Assembly (NCBI GenBank): GCA_964016885.1
Contig: OZ024746.1
Coordinates: 9,548,001 to 9,612,000, forward strand
Source: Eledone cirrhosa
Lineage: Eukaryota
Length of the DNA stretch: 64,000 nucleotides
Direction of reading: 5' to 3'
This document shows, piece after piece, positions 14,341 to 25,191 of this stretch. The first letter of the stretch is position 1; each line of letters starts with the position of its first letter. Below the pieces are notes generated by a model, which saw only the letters and a list, made by a program, of their open reading frames with translations, was not told the DNA's origin and searched no databases. The position numbers were made by a program, and so were the translations under genes.

Positions 14341-14385
14341 TATATACATTTTGCTGTAGAAACCAGGCTAAAATATAGAATGTAT

Positions 14386-14766
14386 GGCACATGGCTTAGT
14401 AGTTAGAGCATTGGCCTTGCAATCGAAAGGTTGTGAGTTCAATTCTCAAACCGGGTGATGTGTTGTTTCCTTGAGCAAGACACTTTATTTCACATTGCTC
14501 CAGTTTACTCAGCTGTAGAAATGAGATGATAGGGACTGGTGTCCCTATCATTCCACTGTAAAGTGGTCGTGGAGGTGCCACGGAAAAAAAGCACCCAGCC
14601 CACACTGTAAAGTGGACGTGTAGGCGCCACAGAAAAAAAGCACCCAGCACTCACTGTAAGTGAGGTTGGTGTTAGGAAGGGCATCCAGCTGTAGAAATCA
14701 AGCCAGAATCAGTTCCCGTCCCACCCTTGCAAGCAGGGAAAAGCGGACGTAAAATGATGATGATGA
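14386..14766 (+). mobile_element. SINE family A, full length (long variant with about 47-bp internal duplication)
   Basis: Same head, CORE-like and tail segments as the other family A copies. Confidence 0.92.
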
Positions 14767-15029
14767 TATGCAAGATATGATTATCCAAAAATATTTTTTC
14801 TTCATCCATGACAACCTCCCCACCCATAGCAGCATAGATAATTGTTTTATAGATATACATGTATAAATTGTGTGAAACCATTTTGCTGGTTTGAGAGGTG
14901 ATGAGGGTGAAGATGTGTGTGTGCGTGTGTGTGTGTAAATTTGTTTTCTACATCGCCTTTATTTCCTTTTTCCAGTCTCTTCTATGCGCCAACATACTTA
15001 TTGTCCTCCTCTTTTTCTAAATTTTATCT

Positions 15030-15735
15030 GTCACCCACCTTGTGGATTGTCTCTCTGTTGACCACTGGTCACTGGTCTCTGTCTTCTGAGGTATTACATT
15101 TCATCTGCTTGTCACTCACCTTGTAGATTGTCTCTCTGTTGACCACTGGTCACTGGTCTCTGTCTTCTGAGGTATTATATTTCATCTGCTTGTCACTCAC
15201 CTTGTAGATTGTCTCTCTGTTGACCACTGGCCACTGGTCTCTGTCTTCTGAGGTATTATATTTCATCTGCTTGTCACTCACCTTGTAGATTGTCTCTCTG
15301 TTGACCACTGGTCACTGGTCTCTGTCTTCTGAGGTATTATATTTCATCTGCTTGTCACTCACCTTGTAGATTGTCTCTCTGTTGACCACTGGCCACTGGT
15401 CTCTGTCTTCTGAGGTATTATATTTCATCTGCTTGTCACTCACCTTGTAGATTGTCTCTCTGTTGACCACTGGTCACTGGTCTCTGTCTTCTGAGGTATT
15501 ATATTTCATCTGCTTGTCACTCACCTTGTAGATTGTCTCTCTGTTGACCACTGGTCACTGGTCTCTGTCTTCTGAGGTATTATATTTCATCTGCTTGTCA
15601 CTCACCTTGTAGATTGTCTCTCTGTTGACCACTGGCCACTGGTCTCTATCTTCTGAGGTATTATATTTCATCTGCTTGTCACTCACCTTGTGGATTGTCT
15701 CTCTGTTGACCACTGGTCACTGGTCTCTGTCTTCT
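15030..15735. repeat. 81-bp minisatellite, about 8.7 near-identical copies
   Basis: Units start at 15030, 15111, 15192, 15273, 15354, 15435, 15516, 15597 and 15678 (GTCACTCACCTTGTAGATTGTCTCTCTGTTGACCACTGGTCACTGGTCTCTGTCTTCTGAGGTATTATATTTCATCTGCTT). Confidence 0.97.
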
Positions 15736-16429
15736 CAGCTGTTCTAGCGATGAGTTTTCTCCTTTTTATATGTATTCAAATACACTCTTACTTTCTCTCG
15801 ATCAGAGACATAGTTTTTTTTTTCCTTTATATATAATAATTGAGTATTTGCTTAAAATAGAAATGCAGGGAATAAAGAAATACATATTTTTTTAAAAAAG
15901 CAATTGATTCAGCAAATCCTTTTATAATATTCCCTAGTGAAGCTTGAAGAAAAACAAATCTAGAAAACTACATAAAAATATAAAAATATAAAAATATTTG
16001 TTGAATATCTGACATACTTATGTTTCAGGAAACTAGCAGAATTGTATTTTAAATAGAATTTATAAAACCTAATTATAATTTCAAGATATCTATTGTTCAT
16101 AATGTATTCAGTAGTGCGTTCTTCCCATCTGTTACTATTATTTTTTGTAAAATTTTATTTCTTCTTCTTCATAGATTAAACATTAATGCAATATGATAAT
16201 AAGGCTTATATGATTCTGTAGTGAGTTAGTAGCAGGAAAACAGTACACATCACATGAATGCAGTGCTGTAGATGGGGGAACTGGTAAGGTAGCTAATTGT
16301 TGTTGTTAATGTATGTTGCTGTGTAATCACAAGTCTTTGCTTATCAAACATATCTATACAGAAAGCCTTTGCAGCCATAACCCTCCCATCTTTTTAGGAG
16401 TATACAGGTTGAACTGTGATATGTGATTA

Positions 16430-16650
16430 GAATGTCTCAGGGAAGAATCACTGGAAAGATTTTACAGCCAAACCCAACCGGCAGGAGACTCAGGGGTAGA
16501 CCCGAGCAAGATGATTGGATAACATCCATAAACTTAGCTGGTCTTGCTTGGAGATCAGATGGAGATAGTTGCTTCTGACTGGACCCACTGGAAGGAGTGT
16601 TTGAGGACTCTGTCTCCATAACCCTCTCGGGAATAAGTGGGTGAAGAAAC
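16430..16650 (+). mobile_element. Expander-like RTE LINE 3' remnant
   Basis: Plus strand translates RMSQGRITGKILQPNPTGRRLRGRPEQDDWI, resembling the RTE G.R.RGRP..RW C-terminal motif. Confidence 0.6.
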
Positions 16651-17904
16651 CAGAATTATGGTTTTGCAGAGATTTGGCTGCTAAATTTAGTTTAAAAGAC
16701 TACTTAGAAATGAGGAATGGTTGTTGTTGTTTAGCCCCAGGTCATTACTAATCAATCAGATCTATAATCAAAGCCATTTGCAGCCATGACTATCCTGACT
16801 TTTTGATGCCAGGGAGATTTGGCTGCTATTTCTAGCAAAGCAAGAGTTGTACAAATCATCTTTAATAGGGAATAGAACAAAAGTGATCATTGCTTTTTGG
16901 GAATGGTATTGGTGATGAAGTTGGTGGTGGTATTCGAGGTGGAGTTGATGATTTATGGTGACATTGTTGATGGTGGTAATGTTGGTGATGTTTGTGGTAT
17001 TTGTAGTAGTGATGATGATGATTGTTTTGAAGTTGTTACTATTGATGATAGTAATGGTGATTGAGGTGGTAGCTGCTGGTCATGTTATTAGTGTTGGTTG
17101 TTGGGGTTGTTGGTGATGGTGATTTTAAGGGTGACAATTATGAAGTAAATGTTTGAGATAAAGATGATTATGTAGAGTGGTGGTTGTAGTGGTGGTGATA
17201 TTAAGACAAATGATGAGGAGGAAGAGGATTTTAATGAAGATGAGGAAGTGAATGATGTTGATAGAAAATGATAAAAGAATTATTTAGAAGAGACTGATAT
17301 TAGAGGTAATGATACAAATAATGATGGTAATGATGATGATGATAAACATGATTATGATATTAATAAAAATAGTTCTCAGCATGATTTTGGCATAAAAGAA
17401 TCACTCAAATCTCAGATAGAAAACCCAGAAACTTTATATCGTTTATGCTACTTAAGTCATAGATATTAAGAAAATAAAAAAGGGACTTACAATGAAGTAA
17501 TAAAGAAAAACAAAACAAATACTCTGGTCATATCAAATAGAATACCTTAAAAGCAGCATGCTTTTATTGTCAATGGGAGTTCTAAATATTTATGAGAAAA
17601 CTGATACTATAAACCTAATACTGACTACACCCACAACGTTAAAAGTCTGACAGGGTTCTTGTATTGGATGAGAAAGGCAGTATCATTAGTCTGAAGGAAG
17701 GAGTTACCTTTTTTTGTTTGTTCTTTGGGATTTTTCTTTTTTTTTTGGGGGGGGGGTCTTATTTTTATGCAACATACCCCCCCCCACACACACACACACA
17801 CAAAACACCATTGTGTTTTCTTATCTTAAATAGAAATTCAATTCTAGAGTTACACTATATATATAGAGAGATAGATAAATAGATGTATATATAAATGGAA
17901 AAAA

Positions 17905-18450
17905 AATATAGTTGTATATATATATATATATTTGTATGTATGTATGTGTATATATATATATATATAGTTGAATATATATATATATATATAGTTGAATATA
18001 TATATATATATAGTTGTATATATATATATAGAGATGTATATATATATAGTTGTATATATATATATAGTTGTATATATATATATATATAGTTGTATATATA
18101 TATATATAGATGTATATATATATATAGTTGTATATATATATATATATATACAACTATATATATATATACATATATATATATATACATCTATATATATATA
18201 TATATATAGTTGTATATATATATATATATATATAGTTGTATATATATATATATAGTTGTATATATATATATATAGATGTATATATATATAGTTGTATATA
18301 TATATATATATAGTTGTATATATATATATATATAGTTGTATATATATATATAGTTGTATATATATATATATAGTTGTATATATATATATATATAGTTGTA
18401 TATATATATAGTTGTATATATATATATATATAGTTGTATGTATATATATA
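17905..18450. repeat. Compound (TA)n array punctuated by GTTG/GATG
   Basis: Repeated (TA)n-GTTG units; an inverted block with CAAC/CATC lies at about 18151-18190. Confidence 0.9.
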
Positions 18451-18452
18451 TG

Positions 18453-18614
18453 TAGGAAAAAGTATGACCCCGACGGCAGAGCTCAAGCCGTTTCGACGGC
18501 TTGAGCTCTGACGTCGGGGTCATACTTTTTCCTATTTCCCACTCTACTACCCTAAGTATTGAGTACTCTGGTGCGTTATGGTCCATCTGGTTCCTTACCG
18601 CAATTCCTTTGTTA
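18453..18614 (+). mobile_element. Hairpin-plus-tail non-autonomous element embedded in (TA)n
   Basis: 39-bp stem (18453-18491/18496-18534) with a TTCG loop, plus an about 78-bp conserved tail shared with 37570-37768 (reverse orientation) and 40178-40335. Confidence 0.8.
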
Positions 18615-19736
18615 TATATATATATGTATATATTTGTATGTATATATATGTATACATTTGTATGTATGTATATATTTGTATATATTTGTATGTATATATG
18701 TATATATTTGTATATATTTGTATGTATATATTTGTATGTATATATGTATATATTTGTATAATATGTATGTATATATTTATTTGTATGTATATATATATTT
18801 GTATGTATGTATGTATATATATATATATATTTGTATGTATGTATGTATATATTTGTATGTGCATATAAAAATATATATATATATATATGTATATAACGAT
18901 GATAATGATTATATTCATCATACATAGATTTGTGTTAGATTACATGTTTTTTATCTCTCTATCTTAATTGTTTATCCTACCTAGATTTTGCCAATCTGTC
19001 TCTCTCACTCACTCTCTGCTTCATCTAGTATCTCTCTCTTTTTCTCTACCTTCAAAGAAATGCAGGTAATACATGTGTTAACATGTTTTTGTTTTCTTGA
19101 TTGTTAGGGGGTTTCTACAAAAAGAAAAGAAACATAGAAAGGGATAGAAAATGACTAAAGTGTTGGGTATCAGTAAGAAGTTTCAAAAATAAGGAGCAAC
19201 AGGAATAAAAATGAGATCACTTACTGGCAAGAGTTGTACGAATCATCTTAAATAGGGAATAGAGCAAAATATATATATATGTATGTATGTATATATGTGT
19301 ATATTTGTTTGTGTGTGTGTATATGCACATATATATATATGAGAGAGAGAGAGAGTCAGGGCTCCGACGGCTGAGCTCCAGCCATTTCAACAGGTAGATC
19401 TGAACTATTACCCACTCTACTTACTCTAAATATTGAGTACTTTGGTATCTTACCACCCCTTCTTTGTTATATATATATATATAATCAGCAAGAAAGTCTG
19501 ATAAATAAGGGGAGGGGAGTAAGTAAAGAAGAGAAATGAAGAAGGACAAGAGAAAAACAATTTTAAGTTTATAGCCAAGTGTGTTATAATCAAAGCAGTT
19601 TTCATTATAAATATATTTATAAAAAAATGGAGGAACTATGAATACAGTAAATATAATGAATTCTATCATAGACAATGACAAATCCAATATTTCAGGTGTA
19701 TTATGTCAATGGCATATATATTACTGGTATATTTCT

Positions 19737-19935
19737 GAGGGGTACTGAAAAGTTCTTGGCTTTGGGTAAAAGAAAATACAGGAGGATCAGTTAATTATGA
19801 TTTGATACAACATATTCTCCCTCTCAGATTCACACACTTATTGCAGTGATCCTTTCTAAGCCCTTTAAAAAGAACTCGGAAGGTTGGGCCTTCAATCAAC
19901 CCTCCATAGCAGCAATCTAGCTAGGAACTTTTCAG
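19737..19935. mobile_element. Mariner-derived MITE
   Basis: Inverted termini CTGAAAAGTTCTTGGC ... GCTAGGAACTTTTCAG. Confidence 0.65.
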
Positions 19936-20722
19936 AGGGATGTTTTCAGAGGGATGAAAGGCATATTTGACTATGGCAGAAACTGAACTGAGAATGTTAA
20001 CTCTATTTCTTACCAAACTGCCCTAAACCATCTTTTATGTTATCCACAAAATTTTATTGTTTCAAAGTGTTCATATTTAAATTAAAACCTTTCATCATAA
20101 TTTAAAGCAGCTTTTTGTTAAGTTATGTATTATCTTTACAATGAAAAAAATCAAGTTATTTTTCTAAACCTTTTCAAATTCTTGATTATTTTCAAAATTA
20201 ATTGAAATACCTAGGCAGTATTTTATATTAGAAATATGATCATTGAAGAGTTAAGAAATTTTATTAAATACTTCAATGTATTTTGTTCAATGCTCTACTG
20301 ATTCTGCCATAAATATAATAAATATGGTAAAACCTGAAGCACCTCATTTTCTAACTACATACATTTTATGCCACTATGTTGTAAGTCAACAACTACATAC
20401 AATTTAAGCTTGTGTGTGGTCCCTCAACATACACCTTAAAATTTTGTGTGATCACTCAACAACTACATGCATTTTAAACCTCAGTAAGGCAATGATGCCA
20501 GCACATAAAAGTGAATGTAAAATGGTGATGATAATGATTTAATCTTAGCTTTGCTATTTTTCCAATGTCTAATATATAACATTCAAAAAATATTTTTAAA
20601 TGTTATGTATATATAATGATTAAATATTATTGTTTAATGAATTTAATAATAAACACATTTCTTTTCATTGAATTATATCTTGTTTATGTTTCATATATGC
20701 TAAAATTCTTTTGTTAAAATTC

Positions 20723-20742
20723 TTTTCCTTAACCCTAATCAC
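20723..20742 (+). promoter_or_regulatory. U12-type (AT-AC) intron branch point and 3' splice site
   Basis: TTTTCCTTAAC at 20723-20733 is the U12 branch consensus. Terminal AC at 20741-20742 lies 8 nt later, directly before A TGG TTT GAA. There is no AG acceptor near the start of homology. Confidence 0.9.
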
Positions 20743-20988
20743 ATGGTTTGAACGCATCAGTATGGGAGTCATCATGATGAACTGCATAACACTTGGAATG
20801 TATAGGCCGTGCTTGGATCAGGTCTGTAACTCGACACGCTGTAAAATGCTCGAGCTCTGCGACCATTTTATTTTTGTCTTTTTCACTGTGGAAATGATTA
20901 TCAAAATGATAGCTATGGGACTCATTGGAAAATTAACCTTTCTGGCTGATTCCTGGAATCGGCTTGACTGTTTCATTGTCCTGGCAGG
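20743..20988 (+). CDS. Internal coding exon of a T-type voltage-gated calcium channel alpha-1 subunit (Cav3; CACNA1G/H/I-like), domain I S1-S3
   Basis: Translation [82 protein letters not shown] closely matches the Cav3 domain I pattern ([23 protein letters not shown]...C...RC...EM..KM.A.G...YL.D.WNRLD.FIV.AG). Length 246 nt, phase 2 at both ends (A|TGG at the start; GG|GTAAGT at the end). Confidence 0.96.
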
Positions 20989-20993
20989 GTAAG

Positions 20994-20994
<1 letters not shown>
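20989..20994 (+). promoter_or_regulatory. Major-class (U2) 5' splice donor GTAAGT
   Basis: GCAGG|GTAAGT occurs exactly where Cav3 homology stops; an in-frame TAA follows immediately. Confidence 0.93.
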
Positions 20995-21024
<30 letters not shown>

Positions 21025-21481
21025 TTTATTTTATCATTCTCTTCTTGCTTTTATCTATTTATGCAAATCTGGATTTTCATTCCCTGTAATATGATTCATT
21101 TTATTTTGCTTTACTCCATGTATTTTCAAACATTTTATCTATCAAACTATCTAGTCACCTATTCTTTCATCTATACATTCCTCTATCTATTTATACATGC
21201 ATGAGAGTAAGTATATATGTATATCTGTTTCTATGAATGTGTATGTATATATATATAATGTATGTATAAAAGAGGAAGTGCATTAATATAAATAAATGGA
21301 GTTACAGCGAGAAAAAAGAAGAGATCTGATGATTTAAGCTAAAGGTCCTTTATCTAGGAAGAAGAGAGAGCTCTGTGTGTTGTGGCTGAAATGGGGACAC
21401 ATATATACATATATGTATAGCATATGCATCAAAGTGTTTCAAACATTATCAGTTTGACTATCATTATGGTTAAATGACAAT

Positions 21482-21668
21482 GTGCGGTGGAAGTATCGGT
21501 AGAGGGTTGGACGCTATGCTTTGACGCACAGAGTTACGGCCCTTGCCATTCTGAGTTCGAATCCCGCCAAGGTTAACTTTGCCTTTCATCCTTACGGGGT
21601 CGATAAAATAAAGTACCAGTAATGCACTGGGTAATTGCTGGCCTTGTGCCAAAAAGTAGAAACAATTA
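21482..21668 (+). mobile_element. SINE family B with 19-bp TSD
   Basis: B box GAGTTCGAATCC; core TTTGCCTTTCATCCTTACGGGGTCGATAAAATAAAGTACCAGT; TSD ATTATGGTTAAATGACAAT at 21463-21481 and 21665-21683. Confidence 0.9.
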
Positions 21669-21934
21669 TGGTTAAATGACAATTTTATTTTAACATGTAC
21701 ACACACATTATATATATAAAGTTATATAATATTAATACTGGTACATTGTGTTTACTAAATACTTTGTTAGATTCTGTAGTAATGATTCAGTGTTTTAGCA
21801 ATGATTTCTGAAATATTTCTTTCATGTCTTTTCAAGATAATATTAATAGTTTCTCTTTACCATTATTGTTCTTGATTCTCTTAAATCTATCAAGGTTTTT
21901 GTTACAAAGATGTTTTAGACTAGCTTAGAACATA

Positions 21935-21982
<48 letters not shown>

Positions 21983-22435
21983 AATTAGTCAGTAATATAC
22001 ATTACATCTCAATGAATATCACTTAGAATTATATTTTAAGTTGAAATACAGCCCAGGCTGGATTTACATTTCATTCTCCAGAGACAAATAAAATAAAGTA
22101 CCATTAAGTATTAAGATTGATGTAATATTCTGTACTTGTTTCCAAAACCTGAAGCCCATTTTAGAAATCAATAATATGGGACAAACTTGACAGCAGTGTA
22201 GCAAGGATATTCAGCCCCCAAAGGCAAAAACAATTTTGGTGATCCTATAATAGGATTAACTAGCATGATAAACCAGAGGATGATTTTCACCCCTTCATAT
22301 CATGCAGTGATTAATCTTCTCACATTCCTCTTGTTATTTCTCTGAAACTTGCCTTGATCCTCAATATATGTGATTTTAAGTTTTGATAAATCTTAGATAT
22401 GTTATTTCTTTTCGTCTTTTCTTTATTTAAATTGT

Positions 22436-22585
22436 TTTTTTTCTTTTTTTCTTTTTTTCTTTTTTTCTTTTTTTCTTTTTTTCTTTTTTTCTTTTTTTCT
22501 TTTTTTCTTTTTTTCTTTTTTTCTTTTTTTCTTTTTTTCTTTTTTTCTTTTTTTCTTTTTTTCTTTTTTTCTTTTTTTCTTTTTC
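22436..22585. repeat. (CTTTTTTT)n 8-mer pyrimidine tract
   Basis: About 18 perfect C+T7 units. Confidence 0.95.
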
Positions 22586-23300
22586 AATTGTGATTGGGGG
22601 CAGATAAATAGTTTGAAAAATGTCAATATCTTGATAATAAAACTATGGTACCAGGTTCAAAGCTTGGCAAAAGAAACATATATATTTCTTAATTCAATCA
22701 TTTATAAAATCTCTTAGAAATATAATGAAATTAAAAGAAAAATTATCTTCTGCATATATATCATATATATTGTAACATGCACTTGATAAGACATAGCCAA
22801 TGTGTGTAGCCAACTTGCTACATATATATACACACATATATAACAATACCATGTTTATGGATGTTTTCAAGTTGAGAGAACAAGCTTATATTTTTGACAG
22901 ATAATATTATCTGAAGCTGTGAAAAACTTTTCATTAATTTTCAATGTTATAGAGAGCATAAGGTTTCCAGTAATAGAACATACAGTCACCAGTAATATAT
23001 AATCTTGATCTAGCAACATTTAATATAGGTTGCAATAGAAAGGGTAAGCAGCTGTAGAAATCATGAATTAAATCTGAGCAAAACACAGTCCCCCCTCACT
23101 CATCCAATTACGGACCTCAACAATCTATCCAACCTATACTAAGAGAACATAAAATGCTCAGGGCTGGCACCAAATAAATTCCTAATTGAGAGAACTTGAT
23201 TTAATAATGTTTATTATTCCCAAAATCAATTTCTATATTAGTGAAAATATATTATGTAGTATTACTTAAAGTACAATATTAAAAGAGATAACTTAGAAAA

Positions 23301-23354
<54 letters not shown>

Positions 23355-23437
23355 TAGACTATCCGGGAGCTTCCAACAGTAATGGTTGCAATTTTTAAGG
23401 GTATGTCAATATTTATTTATAAAACTGATTTATATTG

Positions 23438-23496
23438 TATTTTGTCTGATGAAAGCACACCAGAATTTAACGTAGTGAAATATGTATAATAAAATA
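23438..23496 (+). ncRNA. Degenerate hammerhead ribozyme, paralog of 63898-63963
   Basis: TATTTTGT-CTGATGA-...-GAAA-TATGTA-TA-ATAAAATA, but the 3' side of stem II is lost. Flanks (about 23399-23526) align to the reverse complement of 63868-63997. Confidence 0.6.
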
Positions 23497-23785
23497 AATA
23501 TAGTTTTATAAATATAGTTTCCATTTGTTAATATCGTATATATATATATAGTAATAATAAATGTGAAGACTAAAATCTGAAGAGGGCTCGATAAGGAATA
23601 TATATATATATATATATATACATATTTAAAAAAGGGAAAGAATGACTTCACTTGTAGTTCTAAACAATTTAATTTTATTTTTATATTATTATTATTTGTA
23701 AAATATTATGAATTGTAAAATCATATTATGAAATTAAATTAGATTGTTTAGAACCACAAGTGAAGTCATTCTTTCCCTTTTTTAA

Positions 23786-23823
<38 letters not shown>

Positions 23824-24641
23824 CTTATCGAGCCCTCTTCAGATTTTAGTCTTCACATTTATTATTACTATATATATATAAAGACAACTTGGCAGCCTTG
23901 TTAGGACAGATAGAATGCTTTGCAATGTTTATTTCAGTCCTCTGTTGGCTACATTTTGCTTACATACTACCTTCCATTCTCTACTGAGTGCATTTTATCA
24001 GAACACCAGAATAAGGGAGGTTATCATATTATCGACAAAACTAAAGAGTCTTTCTGATCTATTGGTAGGCAAGATTTCTATGGCTGGAAGTCTTTTCTAT
24101 CACCAATCATTTTACACAACTGAAGACTCCTCTTGACTCTTTTCGGCATGGCTTCTACAGCAGGATGTCCTTCCTATTGCCAGCCTCTTTATAGGGTGTC
24201 TTGGGCTCATTTTTTATGGCACCTCCATTAGAGATGTGGATCATAGTCTCAAAAGTAGAGTTCTCTCTATTCTACAGGGATTGAATGGGTAGGTCTGTAT
24301 GTATATTGTCATGTGATGAGATTTGACAGTGATGTGTAGGATGTGGGCAACCTCTAATAGGGTGCTCTCTTAGCAGCTTCTAGGGATCTATAACTCATGT
24401 CAGGCTTTTTGTGGAGTAAAGTATAGTGATGGGAGACTAGCTACTAAGGATCATGGATCAGGCAGGGGGTGTACAATGCTTGGTATTGGAAGGGAGCATG
24501 TGGATGGGTCAGGTTACATCTATGCTGGTAGATGGGTCATTTCCAGTAGAGCATGACACCAAGTCTTGTGACACTTTGTCATCTCTATATATATAATGAT
24601 GATACTCTGACACCTCATTCCTACTTATTATTAATATATTA

Positions 24642-24815
24642 TCGGTAGAGCGTCGGATGCCATGCTTTGACGCATAGAGTTACGGCCCTTGCCATTCTAA
24701 ATTCAAATCTCGCCGAGGTTAACTTTGCCTTTCATCCTTACGGGGTCGATAAAATAAAGTACCAGTAATGCACTGTTTATTGCTGGCCTTGTGCTAAAAG
24801 TAGAAACAATTATTA
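24642..24815 (+). mobile_element. SINE family B, slightly 5'-truncated
   Basis: Aligns to 21482-21668. Confidence 0.88.
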
Positions 24816-24817
24816 TA

Positions 24818-25191
24818 ACCAAATATACACCCCAATCCACTACCCCTACCCTATCCTCCCACTCCCACCAACACTACCCCCTCTCTATAAAGTTGGTACC
24901 ACAATATCCAGTCCAAATAAATGAGATAAATGAGATCGAGATCGTGTAGGTGTCACGAGAAAAAAACACACAGTCGACGCTGTAATGTGGTCATGTAGGT
25001 AACATGGTAAAAAGTTCCCAGTTCCACACTGTAAATGTGGTTGGTGTTAGGAAGGGCATCCAGCCGTAGAAAACCTGCCAGATAGTCCAATATGAGCAAG
25101 ACACGGTCACCCGACCAACCTTGCCTCAAGTGGGACAACTCCCGTCTAACCCATGCTAGCGTGGAAAATGGACGTTAAACGAGGATGATGA
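24818..25191 (+). mobile_element. RTE LINE 3' UTR, second subfamily
   Basis: Reverse complement of 32293-32655; ends CCATGCTAGCGTGGAAAATGGACGTTAAACGAGGATGATG. Confidence 0.82.

Noticed and set aside
15030-15735. Regularly spaced repeats resembling a CRISPR array
   Set aside because: Head-to-tail near-identical units with no unique spacers, no cas genes, and a eukaryotic intronic context.
20711-20742. N-terminal part of ORF 20711-20992 ([11 protein letters not shown])
   Set aside because: Intronic: it is the translated U12 branch-point region and is not Cav3-like.
22423-22626. Lys-rich and Phe-rich ORFs
   Set aside because: Translations of the (CT7)n repeat.
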